A DNA stretch of 64,000 nucleotides, taken from an uncultured Bacteroidia bacterium (GTDB lineage: Bacteria > UBA4055). Shown here in pieces: positions 46,308-55,460 of this stretch; the stretch's first letter is position 1, and every line of letters begins with the position of its first letter. The DNA is taken from NCBI GenBank assembly GCA_964648295.1, contig CAZYNH010000002.1, forward strand, positions 259,075-323,074, written 5' to 3'. The position numbers and the translations under genes are program-made. The notes beneath the pieces were generated by a model that saw only the letters and a list, made by a program, of their open reading frames with translations, was not told where the DNA came from and ran no database searches.

Positions 46308-47981
46308 TCAGATATACCTGGGCAGTTCGATAGTGAATTTTGTACCTTTACCGGGGTCGCTTTTAACAGATATATCTCCGCCGCATATATCAAGGAATTC
46401 CTTTACAAGTATAAGTCCGAGACCGGTACCTTTTTCTTCGTTCGTACCCGGGGTGGAAAATGCCTCTTCTACCCTGAAAAGTTTTTTTAAATTTGATCTT
46501 TCTATTCCTACTCCGTTATCCTCGATGGAAAGTTTCACCCTGTTCTTCAGCGGTCTTGCCGATATGATTATCTTTCCGCCTTCATTCGTGAACTTTATCG
46601 CATTCGCAGTGAGGTTTCTTACAATTGTGTCTGTCATATTTTTATCCGAATGAACAAAACATCCTCTGCTGATCCTGACTTCCGTGCTTATATTCTTAGA
46701 GTTGATATTGTTGCCGAGAAGCTGGATATTCATATCCACGATCTCTCTCAGATTGGTTTTTTCGGGTTTGAAATCTATCTCACCGGACTGTGCTTTAACC
46801 CATTCGAAAAGATTGTCCATGAGTTTAAGCAGCCTTTCCGAAGAGCCAACTATCATATTAATATAACTTTTTCTTTTCAAATCATCGAACTTATCGTAGA
46901 ATTTGTATAGAAAACCCGCTGTTGAATGTATTGCTGTGAAAGGATTAAGAAGGTCGTGGTGGATTATCCTGAAAAATTTGTCCTTGGTCGAGTTCAGGAC
47001 GGAGAGTTCTTCATTTTTTAGTTTGTATATTTCCGCCTCTTTTTCTTTTTTCTCTGTTTCATACCTCACCTGCATCTCGAAGAATTTATTCTTAGATTCC
47101 TCCGACATGATCTGATCTTTTAATGAAAAATGTTTTTTCAGATAATAAAGAGAATTTCCAAAATCGCCCTTTTTCTCATAGCACTCAGATATCTGACTGT
47201 AAAAATTTAGAAGGTGGTTGTTAGAATGGATGGCATAAGCCAGCCTTTCTCCTTCCAGACCTTTTTCAAGGGAAATGTCGTACTGACCTGTTTCGAAATA
47301 GTAATTGCAGATATTGGAAAGTGCCGAGGCCATTCCTTTATTATAAGCCGCTTTTCTGCTTATCTCATAAGATTCCTCAAAGCATTTTATGGCTCTGTCT
47401 CTGTCTCCCTTGTGCTTCCATGTTAAACCCATATTGTTCAAGACTCTCGACAAAGCGTGTTTATTGCCTATCTCTTCGTCTATTTCCAGCGATCTCTCAA
47501 AATACTCAAGAGCTCTGTCAAATTCTTTTAGATTATTGTAGACCAGGCCGATATTGTTATAGGAAGTTGAAATGCTTGATTTTTCCGCTGTTCTTAATTT
47601 CAGCTCAAGTGCTTTTTCGTAATACTCTAGTGCTTTTTCATACTGCTTCATCCTGAAAAAGAGAATGCCGATATTATTTAAAGCGAAAGCTATATTTTTC
47701 TCATCTTTCATTTCTTCCGCGACAGCCAGAGATCCAATAAAGTATTCCTGAGATTTATTGTAGTCGCATATCGTGAATGCGGCATTACCGAGAATATTCA
47801 GGGATCCGTATCTTCCAAAGGGATAATTTATCTCGGCGGATATTCTTAATGTTTCCGCGGCTCCGGAAATGATCTTTTCATAATTTTCTTTTGAAAAATT
47901 CTTAAGTACCTCTTCCTTTAGTATTTCTATGGTCCTGTCTATCTCTTTTTTAGCTTTTTCCAATTTGCTTCTCCCGGTCAT
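46308..47981 (-). CDS. Soluble TPR-repeat sensor histidine kinase (orphan)
   Basis: TPRs (ALNNIG, SYNNIG, VLNNMG), H-box IIHHDL.NP, NLTANAIKF, EDNGVG, GTGLGL. Confidence 0.9.
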   Translation of the reverse strand: MTGRSKLEKAKKEIDRTIEILKEEVLKNFSKENYEKIISGAAETLRISAEINYPFGRYGSLNILGNAAFTICDYNKSQEYFIGSLAVAEEMKDEKNIAFALNNIGILFFRMKQYEKALEYYEKALELKLRTAEKSSISTSYNNIGLVYNNLKEFDRALEYFERSLEIDEEIGNKHALSRVLNNMGLTWKHKGDRDRAIKCFEESYEISRKAAYNKGMASALSNICNYYFETGQYDISLEKGLEGERLAYAIHSNNHLLNFYSQISECYEKKGDFGNSLYYLKKHFSLKDQIMSEESKNKFFEMQVRYETEKKEKEAEIYKLKNEELSVLNSTKDKFFRIIHHDLLNPFTAIHSTAGFLYKFYDKFDDLKRKSYINMIVGSSERLLKLMDNLFEWVKAQSGEIDFKPEKTNLREIVDMNIQLLGNNINSKNISTEVRISRGCFVHSDKNMTDTIVRNLTANAIKFTNEGGKIIISARPLKNRVKLSIEDNGVGIERSNLKKLFRVEEAFSTPGTNEEKGTGLGLILVKEFLDICGGDISVKSDPGKGTKFTIELPRYI

Positions 47982-48104
47982 ATTCCCCGTACAAATATAA
48001 TACAATTGCCGGTTTTTGACAAGTGACCGCCGGCGTGTTTTTTGTTGAATTGTTATCATGTTTTGTTTAAATTCCAAACAAACGGGTTAAACGGAGTATG
48101 TTTT

Positions 48105-48569
48105 ATGATCGAAAATATTGTAAGGGCAGTAATTATAAACAGCGAGAAGAACGAGATACTTCTTGCAAGGCAGATGGGTAAAGATTATACTTTTCTGCCG
48201 GGTGGGCATATTGAGTTCGGGGAGACCGCAAAACATGCTCTTGACAGAGAAATGGTTGAGGAAATCGGGACCGAAGGAAAGGTAGGCCCGCTTCTCTGGA
48301 CGATCGAGAATATTTTCACCGATTCTGAAAAAAAGAACTGCCACGAGATAGCTTATTATTTTGTTTATGCGTATTATGAAAGATTCTACAATTTTAAAGT
48401 CGATTCACTTGAAGAGCATCTTGAGTTTGTGTGGGTCAATCTTGACGATCTCGAGTTCTTCAATCTAAAACCGCGGCTCCTTCCGGATATAATAAGAAAA
48501 TTTGAAAGGGGAGAGGAGACTGAGAGCTTTTATTCCGAATCCGATGATCAGAATTTGAACAGTATGTAA
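48105..48569 (+). CDS. NUDIX hydrolase
   Basis: LPGGHIEFGETAKHALDREMVEEIG Nudix box; GGAG SD before ATG 48105. Confidence 0.9.
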   Translation: MIENIVRAVIINSEKNEILLARQMGKDYTFLPGGHIEFGETAKHALDREMVEEIGTEGKVGPLLWTIENIFTDSEKKNCHEIAYYFVYAYYERFYNFKVDSLEEHLEFVWVNLDDLEFFNLKPRLLPDIIRKFERGEETESFYSESDDQNLNSM

Positions 48570-48940
48570 ATGAAAAGCACTATGCTTATAACGAACGATA
48601 CAGACGAGAACATCAGGCTGATGATTGTTTCTTTTAAAACAGAGTCGTTCTGGAGAGTCATAAGCTTGAAATAAGCGGAGCTGGTTAAAAACACCTGTTG
48701 GGAATTGGCTTCTTTAAGTTCGTCTCTGGTAAGAATGACAGTTTCGCTTTGTTTTCTTTTTAATACAGGTATATTCTCAGAGTGGAAATTATCATAGAAC
48801 CAGTTGTTGAAATAAAGCTCGAAATCTCCTTTTGGAGCAGAGGATCCCAGATGCCTGATTGCCTCTGAATATGTTATTCCCCTGTTCAGATTTTCCGCGC
48901 CGTACTTAAGAACATCAATATAGATATTGGATGATTTCAT
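48548..48940 (-). CDS. Hypothetical protein with a C-terminal TM helix
   Basis: 130-aa ORF, GGGAG SD, hydrophobic tail IISLMFSSVSFVISIVLFIYILF. Confidence 0.6.
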   Translation of the reverse strand: MKSSNIYIDVLKYGAENLNRGITYSEAIRHLGSSAPKGDFELYFNNWFYDNFHSENIPVLKRKQSETVILTRDELKEANSQQVFLTSSAYFKLMTLQNDSVLKETIISLMFSSVSFVISIVLFIYILFKF

Positions 48941-48965
48941 TTGGTATCTCCCGCAGATTTAAATC

Positions 48966-49247
48966 TTATTTGTACAGGCAGATGTACGACGAGTCTTTAG
49001 CCACTTTTACTTTAAATCTTATATTCGGGTCGATTATCATTGTTTCATTAGGTCCGTAATTCTTCCATTCGCTATCCCCGGGAAGCATAATGGCGATATG
49101 CCCGCTCGTGACTGTTAAGAATTCCTTTGACGAAGTTCCGAATTCATACTCGCCCGCAGCCATAACTCCTACCGTAGCCGGGCACTCGCCCGTCTCGAAT
49201 GCTATTGATTTGACCCTGCCTTCAAAATACTCGTTAACTTTGAACAT
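48966..49247 (-). CDS. ppnP: Pyrimidine/purine nucleoside phosphorylase (YaiE/DUF1255 cupin)
   Basis: KVNEYFEGRVKSIAF, ATVGVM..GEYEFGT, CLY. Confidence 0.9.
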   Translation of the reverse strand: MFKVNEYFEGRVKSIAFETGECPATVGVMAAGEYEFGTSSKEFLTVTSGHIAIMLPGDSEWKNYGPNETMIIDPNIRFKVKVAKDSSYICLYK

Positions 49248-49248
49248 A

Positions 49249-49452
49249 TTAACCTCCGCTCATTAAATGTATTACGCTGATATCAGCTCCGTCAGGTACG
49301 GGAAAAGTATCCCATGCCTCTCTCTTAACGATCTTACCGTTAACTTTTATGACCAGCATCCTGAAAGTATAGTTCATGACGGTCAGGACATCCCTGACCG
49401 TCATTCCCTCATTCCATTCCACCGTATTTCCGTTAACGGTTATCTCGCTCAT
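49249..49452 (-). CDS. ThiS/MoaD-family sulfur carrier
   Basis: 67 aa ending in GG, VNG motifs; immediately after the AOR gene. Confidence 0.88.
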   Translation of the reverse strand: MSEITVNGNTVEWNEGMTVRDVLTVMNYTFRMLVIKVNGKIVKREAWDTFPVPDGADISVIHLMSGG

Positions 49453-49453
49453 A

Positions 49454-51613
49454 TTACTGATGCTTTGAAAGTATTTCAATAACTTCAGGAAGGTCCATTC
49501 CGAGTTTTTTCATATGATCGATCTTCGGAACACCGTTCTTAGTCCAGCCTCTTCTCTCATAAACCGCGTCAAGAAGGTGTTCGTACCTGTTTTCTCTATA
49601 CTTTCTGGTGATCGCTATCTTTTCTTCAACGGATTTTCCTGCGGGATCGACACCGATCTCTTCACTCATCTTTTTGTCGTAGAAAGCTTCTTTGCTTTTA
49701 TACTCTTCAGCAGTTACCGGACCGGCTGCCCTGTAGGGCTGCGCGTCGTGCTCTCTTAATCCATATCCTCTTCTGATGTTGAAAGTCCTCTGGAAATTAT
49801 AAACTCTTTCGGACTGACGGATCAGTTCGTGCTTGTCAATTTTGCTTCCCGTTACTGCGTTAAAGATCGTAACATAATTATCGAGATGCTCCGGCACTTT
49901 TGCGGGTTCGTCAGTTTCAGCGTTACCTTCCGGCTCGACATCATTCCAAGGCAGTTTACAAAGTCCGTTCAGGCCGAACCATGTTCTGAACATAGGGAAA
50001 TAGTGAAGCGCTTCGGCTTTGTTTTCGAAAGTGGGGATGTGATTATTTACCATGTCCATGAAGATCAGCCATGCCTCATCGTGCTGTGGACCCTTGTTTG
50101 TCATCGCATATCCTCCCTGCTGAGCGAGCGATTCTTTTGAAACATACTGAGAATATTCGAGGCCCTTATTTTCCATTCCGATATCGTTCATAAAATTCAT
50201 ATCCGCCCCGTAGTTCTCGGCGAAATATTTTTTCATTCCCCGCACACCGAGACCTACTATTTTTCCGAACCCTTCGCCTCTGGCCATCTGGTGTATAAGC
50301 TCGAATGCGGCATCAATATTTCCGAATTTCAGATCGATCCCGCCTGTATTTTCTTTAGTGATCAATCCGTTCTCGTAACACTCCATTGCAAAGGCCATCA
50401 TGGTACCGAATGATATGGTATCAATTCCGTACGTGTCGCAGTAGAAGTTAAGCTCGATTATGGCGTCGGGATCGAATATCCCCATATTGGATCCTACTCC
50501 GGCGGCGGTTTCGTATTCGGGCCCGTCAACAGTTACCTTCTGTCCTATATAGGGTCCGGTCTTCAGTTCAAAATTATCAACACCTTTACAGCAGTTCATC
50601 GTACAACCTATCCAGCATCCGTCGTTCATTCCCTGTGTAAATTTACTGTTCCATACTCTCGAATGAATATTGTCAGCGTCCTTGTGGGAACCGAATTTGA
50701 AGTTGTGGGTCGGCAGAAGGTCGTAATCGTTCATGATGTTGACCAGGTGTGCAGTTCCCTCCTGCTTCATTCTGCACTGGTGTGGGTCGAGTTCCTTCAT
50801 CTCTTTTGCGAAACGCGCTCCTCGCTCTTTTATAGGTTCCATATCGGCTACATGGTTCGGGTCCTGAGAAATGCCGGCTGATTTTATAACGACGGCTTTG
50901 ATTTTTTTATCTCTGAAAACAGTTCCGATACCGCCCCTCCCTGCCTGCTTTAACCTGCAGAGTTTTCTTTTTATGTCGTACCAGCTGAAATTCAGCATGC
51001 CGATCATGGTATGCTCAGCCGCGTGACCTGCAGATATGACAGAAATGTTCTTCATATCTCTCGGATCTGCGCTTTCGGAGTACATCTCTGTAAGCTGTTC
51101 GGCCAGAATGTGGCTGTCGATCTCTTCAGCGGGAGCTTCTTCTATCGTGATAGTATTTTTCACACCGTCTATAACTATGATCACATCATTTTTCGCTTTT
51201 CCCTGTATCTCCAGAGCATCGAAACCTGAGAATTTCAGGAACGGCCCGAAATATCCTCCGACATTACTGTCTATAACAATGTCTGTTATAGGCGAAATCG
51301 CGACAACAAGAGATTTCCCCGCACCTGCATACTGGGTTATACCGCATATCGGGCCGGTGGCGATGATGATCTCATTGTCGTTATCGTTCCATTTCGTGTC
51401 GGGTCTTGTTCCGTCCCACAGAAGTCTCAATCCGTAGCCTTTTCCTCCGATAAATTTCTCTTTCATCCGCGCGGGGACAGGTTTGATCTTTACATCGCTG
51501 CTGTCAAGGTTGATATACAGGGTCCTGTCAGTGTAGCCTCTGTAAAGTTCTTTCGGCTCGTAGTGCATCTCTTTGAGCGTTGTGTGCTTCGACTTCAAGT
51601 CTTTTACATCCAT
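49454..51613 (-). CDS. Tungstopterin aldehyde:ferredoxin oxidoreductase family protein
   Basis: FIGGKGYG, DSNVGGYFG, GFDALEI, AGRGGIG, C..C..NC, DGPEYET, CDTYGIDTIS, GLCK, Y..RGW..NGVP. Confidence 0.92.
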   Translation of the reverse strand: MDVKDLKSKHTTLKEMHYEPKELYRGYTDRTLYINLDSSDVKIKPVPARMKEKFIGGKGYGLRLLWDGTRPDTKWNDNDNEIIIATGPICGITQYAGAGKSLVVAISPITDIVIDSNVGGYFGPFLKFSGFDALEIQGKAKNDVIIVIDGVKNTITIEEAPAEEIDSHILAEQLTEMYSESADPRDMKNISVISAGHAAEHTMIGMLNFSWYDIKRKLCRLKQAGRGGIGTVFRDKKIKAVVIKSAGISQDPNHVADMEPIKERGARFAKEMKELDPHQCRMKQEGTAHLVNIMNDYDLLPTHNFKFGSHKDADNIHSRVWNSKFTQGMNDGCWIGCTMNCCKGVDNFELKTGPYIGQKVTVDGPEYETAAGVGSNMGIFDPDAIIELNFYCDTYGIDTISFGTMMAFAMECYENGLITKENTGGIDLKFGNIDAAFELIHQMARGEGFGKIVGLGVRGMKKYFAENYGADMNFMNDIGMENKGLEYSQYVSKESLAQQGGYAMTNKGPQHDEAWLIFMDMVNNHIPTFENKAEALHYFPMFRTWFGLNGLCKLPWNDVEPEGNAETDEPAKVPEHLDNYVTIFNAVTGSKIDKHELIRQSERVYNFQRTFNIRRGYGLREHDAQPYRAAGPVTAEEYKSKEAFYDKKMSEEIGVDPAGKSVEEKIAITRKYRENRYEHLLDAVYERRGWTKNGVPKIDHMKKLGMDLPEVIEILSKHQ

Positions 51614-51785
51614 TTTCTTCTCCGTGTTTTATTATTAATAGTCAATATTTCAATTCTTTTCCGATCCGGATCCATAAGATAATGATTCCGGACATATATT
51701 TCAAGAAATTTAATTACACAAAAAAATCGCTTGTTTTTACCGGCCCGATTCTTTATATTTGAGACCTTATTTAATCAGGGCAGAT

Positions 51786-52265
51786 ATGATGAATAAGATG
51801 AGTTTCTCTATCGCGGTGTTCATTCTAATAGCACTTTACGGCTGTGTGTCCGTTCCGTCAATGTACAGGAAAAGCCCTGAAAGCGTAACTGATCTTTTTG
51901 AACCTAAGATCGAAGTTGAAGACCTGAGGTTTTATACCGCAGGTCAGAATGGTCTCGAGAAAAAAAACAGGGTTTACAACAATGTTTTCAGGGAAGGATC
52001 GGTTAGCTGGATGTGGTACGAACTGACAGTCAGGAACCTGTCAGATTCTGACACAAAACTTCTCTTTAGAGAGATGTGGACAGACGAAAATAATGCCGTG
52101 CTGAGCTCGATAAAAAAAGAAATGAGCGTCAGAAAAAAGGATGTTTATCTTGAATACAGTGCCGGGATAAGCGCGGAATGGAAACCGGGCTATTATGTCC
52201 TCAAACTGTATCAGGACAGCCTGAAGATAGCTGAGAAAGAATTTAAAATAACCAAAATAAAATAA
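51786..52265 (+). CDS. Hypothetical lipoprotein
   Basis: LYGC lipobox, beta-rich domain ending WKPGYYVLKLY. Confidence 0.65.
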   Translation: MMNKMSFSIAVFILIALYGCVSVPSMYRKSPESVTDLFEPKIEVEDLRFYTAGQNGLEKKNRVYNNVFREGSVSWMWYELTVRNLSDSDTKLLFREMWTDENNAVLSSIKKEMSVRKKDVYLEYSAGISAEWKPGYYVLKLYQDSLKIAEKEFKITKIK

Positions 52266-52282
52266 AACGCTGGGAGTAACAG

Positions 52283-52468
52283 ATGGCAAAAAAACAAGTT
52301 TACGGTCTTAAAGCGACAAGAGGACTCTGTCCGGTTTGCGGAGAGCAGATCCAGATCGTAAAGATAGTAAAACCCTTTTTGAGCGAGGCTAAAACGCACA
52401 AATTCTCTGAAGAAGTCGTTAAGGCATGCAAATGCCCTAATAAAACTCTGGATTCTTATCTCAAATAA
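52283..52468 (+). CDS. 61-aa basic Zn-ribbon protein resembling DUF4295 / ribosomal protein bL38
   Basis: MAKKQV..L, CPVC, VKIVK, F.EEVV, CKC; GGAG SD and a terminator directly after. Confidence 0.55.
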   Translation: MAKKQVYGLKATRGLCPVCGEQIQIVKIVKPFLSEAKTHKFSEEVVKACKCPNKTLDSYLK

Positions 52469-52491
52469 AGCGTCATAACGACGCTTTTTTT
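52467..52491 (+). terminator. Intrinsic terminator
   Basis: AAAGCGTC-ataac-GACGCTTTTTTT. Confidence 0.8.
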
Positions 52492-52520
52492 ACAAAGATG
52501 CTAACCCGGAGAAATGAAAA

Positions 52521-53909
52521 ATGGCATTAACAGTTCACGAAATATGGAAAACCTATAAAGAAAAGCTAGGGTCAGAGATAGAAATATCGGGCTGGGTAAG
52601 AACTGAAAGGACCTCAAAGAATTTCGGCTTCATCGAATTGAACGACGGGACTTTTTTTAAAAACATACAGGTCGTCTATGATGATACCCTGCCGAATTTT
52701 AATGAAGTTACAAAGGTCACAACAGGTTCTTCACTTAAAGTCAGAGGAAGGCTGATTGAGTCTCCCGGGGATAAGCAGCCGTTCGAGATAAAAGCGGACG
52801 GTATTGAGATCATCGGTATGTGCGAAGCTGATTTCCCGCTTCAGAAGAAGAGGCATACTGCCGAATACTTAAGGACTATTGCTCACCTCAGGCCCAGAAC
52901 CAACCTTTACAGGGCTGTGTTCAAGGTCAGAAGCCTTGTTGCTTTCGCGATCCATAAGTTCTTTACCGACAAGAATTTCGTTTATGTTCATACTCCTATC
53001 ATAACCGGCAGCGACTGCGAGGGTGCCGGAGAGATGTTCCAGGTGTCAACACTTGATATGAACAACCTGCCAAGAACAGAAGACGGCGGAATCGATTATT
53101 CGAAAGATTTTTTCGGCAAGCAGACGAATCTGACGGTAAGCGGGCAATTAGCCGTTGAGAACTTCTGCATGGCCTTCAGGAATGTTTACACATTCGGGCC
53201 GACTTTCAGAGCTGAAAGGTCTAACACGCAGAGACATGCGTCCGAATTCTGGATGATAGAGCCTGAAATGGCTTTTGCCGACCTGAACGACAATATGGAT
53301 GTATCGGAAGAAATGGTCAAGTATCTGATCCGTTATGTGCTGGAGAACGCTCCGGAAGAGATGGAATTCTTCAACCAGTGGGTGGACAAAGGGCTTTTGG
53401 AAAGGCTCGGCTTTGTACTGAACTCCGATTTCGGAAGAGTGACATATACACAGGCGATGGATGAACTCATGAAGTCCGGAAAGCAGTTCGATTATAAGCC
53501 TGAATGGGGAATAGACCTCCAGACCGAACATGAGAGGTATCTTACTGAAGAAGTATACAAAAGACCGGTATTCGTAACTGATTATCCGAAGAAAATAAAG
53601 GCGTTCTACATGCGCCTGAACGACGACAAAAAAACAGTGGCCGCCATGGACCTTCTCGTTCCCGGAGTCGGCGAGATAATCGGCGGAAGCCAGAGAGAGG
53701 AAAGGCACCAGGTACTTCTTGACCGGATCGGGGAAATGGGTTTGAAAAAAGAGGATTACTGTTGGTATCTCGACTTGAGAAGGTTCGGTACAAATAAACA
53801 CTGCGGATTCGGTCTTGGATTTGAAAGAATGGTGATGTATCTTACAGGAGTAGAGAATATAAGGGATGTCATACCTTTCCCGAGAACACCAAAAAACGCT
53901 GAATTTTAA
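52521..53909 (+). CDS. asnS: Asparagine--tRNA ligase
   Basis: [61 protein letters not shown]. Confidence 0.97.
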   Translation: MALTVHEIWKTYKEKLGSEIEISGWVRTERTSKNFGFIELNDGTFFKNIQVVYDDTLPNFNEVTKVTTGSSLKVRGRLIESPGDKQPFEIKADGIEIIGMCEADFPLQKKRHTAEYLRTIAHLRPRTNLYRAVFKVRSLVAFAIHKFFTDKNFVYVHTPIITGSDCEGAGEMFQVSTLDMNNLPRTEDGGIDYSKDFFGKQTNLTVSGQLAVENFCMAFRNVYTFGPTFRAERSNTQRHASEFWMIEPEMAFADLNDNMDVSEEMVKYLIRYVLENAPEEMEFFNQWVDKGLLERLGFVLNSDFGRVTYTQAMDELMKSGKQFDYKPEWGIDLQTEHERYLTEEVYKRPVFVTDYPKKIKAFYMRLNDDKKTVAAMDLLVPGVGEIIGGSQREERHQVLLDRIGEMGLKKEDYCWYLDLRRFGTNKHCGFGLGFERMVMYLTGVENIRDVIPFPRTPKNAEF

Positions 53910-53925
53910 AAAGACGGAGAAAAAA

Positions 53926-54324
53926 ATGCTGAAAAAAGTACATCATATTGGAATAGCAGTAAAAGATATCAAGGCCGCCGCAGAAAAATATGTGGCGATA
54001 ACAGGTTTGAAGCACTATGAAACCGAATATGTCCCCGAGCAGGATGTGGAAGTGGCGATGTTCGAGGTGGGAGAAAGCAGGATAGAGCTGCTGCAGGGAA
54101 AATCCGAGAACTCGCCGATATCGAAGTTCCTTGAAAAGAACAGGGAAGGGCTGCATCATGTGGCTTACGAAGTCGAGGACATTGAGAAGGCTCTTGAGGA
54201 ACTTAAGGCTCAGGGATTTACGCTGATAGACGAAAGACCGAGGATAGGAGCCGGCGGAATGAAGATAGCATTTATTCACCCTAAATCCACCAACGGAGTC
54301 CTGACCGAATTATCTCAGATATAA
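53926..54324 (+). CDS. mce: Methylmalonyl-CoA epimerase (VOC family)
   Basis: HHIGIAV, IELLQ, SPISKFLEK..EGLHHVAYEV, FIHPKSTNGVLTEL. Confidence 0.88.
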   Translation: MLKKVHHIGIAVKDIKAAAEKYVAITGLKHYETEYVPEQDVEVAMFEVGESRIELLQGKSENSPISKFLEKNREGLHHVAYEVEDIEKALEELKAQGFTLIDERPRIGAGGMKIAFIHPKSTNGVLTELSQI

Positions 54325-54354
54325 GGCTATTTAAAATTTGAACAGGAGGCGGTT

Positions 54355-54816
54355 ATGATCGGGAATCTGAAAAAAATAAAGATGTTCGAGGATCTTGACG
54401 AAAGTGTCCTGAAAAAGGTCGAGAAGTTCTGCAAGCTTGAAAAGCACAAGGCTGACACTACAGTTATACAGGAGGACGAGTCCGAGAACTATGATCTGTT
54501 CGTTGTTATAAAAGGCAGGGTCAAGATCTATGTATCCTCCAAGTTCTTTGCGGATGATTCAGAGCAACTGAAGGAGATATACACCGTCAATCCGGGAGAT
54601 TTCTTTGGCGAGATGGCCTGCGTTGTAAAGAGAAGAAGGAGCGCGACTGCTGTAACCGCCAGCGACTCTGAGCTGATAAGGATAAACGGGACAAAGCTGA
54701 ATAAGCTGATGGAAAGCGACAAAGAGACCGGATATATTATCCTGAAAAAACTCTACGAATCGCTTTACGACAGGATAGAGAATTCAAATTTTATGCTACG
54801 GAATTTCTTAATCTGA
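54355..54816 (+). CDS. Stand-alone cyclic-nucleotide-binding domain protein
   Basis: VIQEDE, GRVKI, PGDFFGEMA....RSATA phosphate-binding cassette; no HTH. Confidence 0.85.
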   Translation: MIGNLKKIKMFEDLDESVLKKVEKFCKLEKHKADTTVIQEDESENYDLFVVIKGRVKIYVSSKFFADDSEQLKEIYTVNPGDFFGEMACVVKRRRSATAVTASDSELIRINGTKLNKLMESDKETGYIILKKLYESLYDRIENSNFMLRNFLI

Positions 54817-54818
54817 TC

Positions 54819-55295
54819 TTATTCCGTGACTGCTTTCAATATCTTTTCGTCGTCTTCGGCGACGCCGCCCATAATTTTTTTAACATTCGGACTGAAGAAC
54901 TTGCTCATCAGTCCGATGTTCATTCTCGAGATGAAGACTTTCCCGTTGTTCAGTTCATATACAGCGATCCTGCAGGGCATCAGGACAGACAGGTACATAT
55001 CTTCCTCGTTCTTAAGTACTTCGTATAAGTTTTCCGCATGGCAGAGTTCAAGGACTTTTGCGTGTGGCGCGTCATCGTAACCAGCTCTTCCTATCCTGTC
55101 TCCCAGATCCCAGATCTTTGCTACAGCCCACCCGTGATCTTCAGAACTTTTTTCTATCAGATCAACAGTTTCACGGTAGTCATACTTACTTTCTTTAATC
55201 TCGAACATCAATGACGGGAAAATTTTCCATGCGGTTACAAGTGTAAAGGCGGTCCCTGCGATAAATCCTGCCGCGATAAGAAGAAGAGTTTTCAT
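54819..55295 (-). CDS. DUF302 domain protein with N-terminal TM/signal
   Basis: GW.V, KVLELCH, LMPCRIAVYE...GKVFIS; GGAGG SD at ATG 55295. Confidence 0.8.
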   Translation of the reverse strand: MKTLLLIAAGFIAGTAFTLVTAWKIFPSLMFEIKESKYDYRETVDLIEKSSEDHGWAVAKIWDLGDRIGRAGYDDAPHAKVLELCHAENLYEVLKNEEDMYLSVLMPCRIAVYELNNGKVFISRMNIGLMSKFFSPNVKKIMGGVAEDDEKILKAVTE

Positions 55296-55359
55296 GCCGT
55301 TACCTCCGTTTTGTTCTGACCATTTTTCTGCTTTTACGGAATATAAGCTCAAATGTTCA

Positions 55360-55388
55360 TTGATTACAAGGTTAAAATTGTTTATATT
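55360..55388 (+). promoter_or_regulatory. Promoter for batD-batE
   Basis: TTGATT-17 nt-TATATT. Confidence 0.6.
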
Positions 55389-55460
55389 TGGCAGACCGCC
55401 GGATCGGTTTCAGGAACAAATTTGAGTAAAATTAGTAAAAATGCCGGAATTTGAGGCTGT

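Noticed and set aside
55422-55431. TTGAGTAAAA upstream of batD matching the 22-bp array half site
   Set aside because: Single AT-rich half site without the palindromic partner; likely chance unless a genome scan shows enrichment
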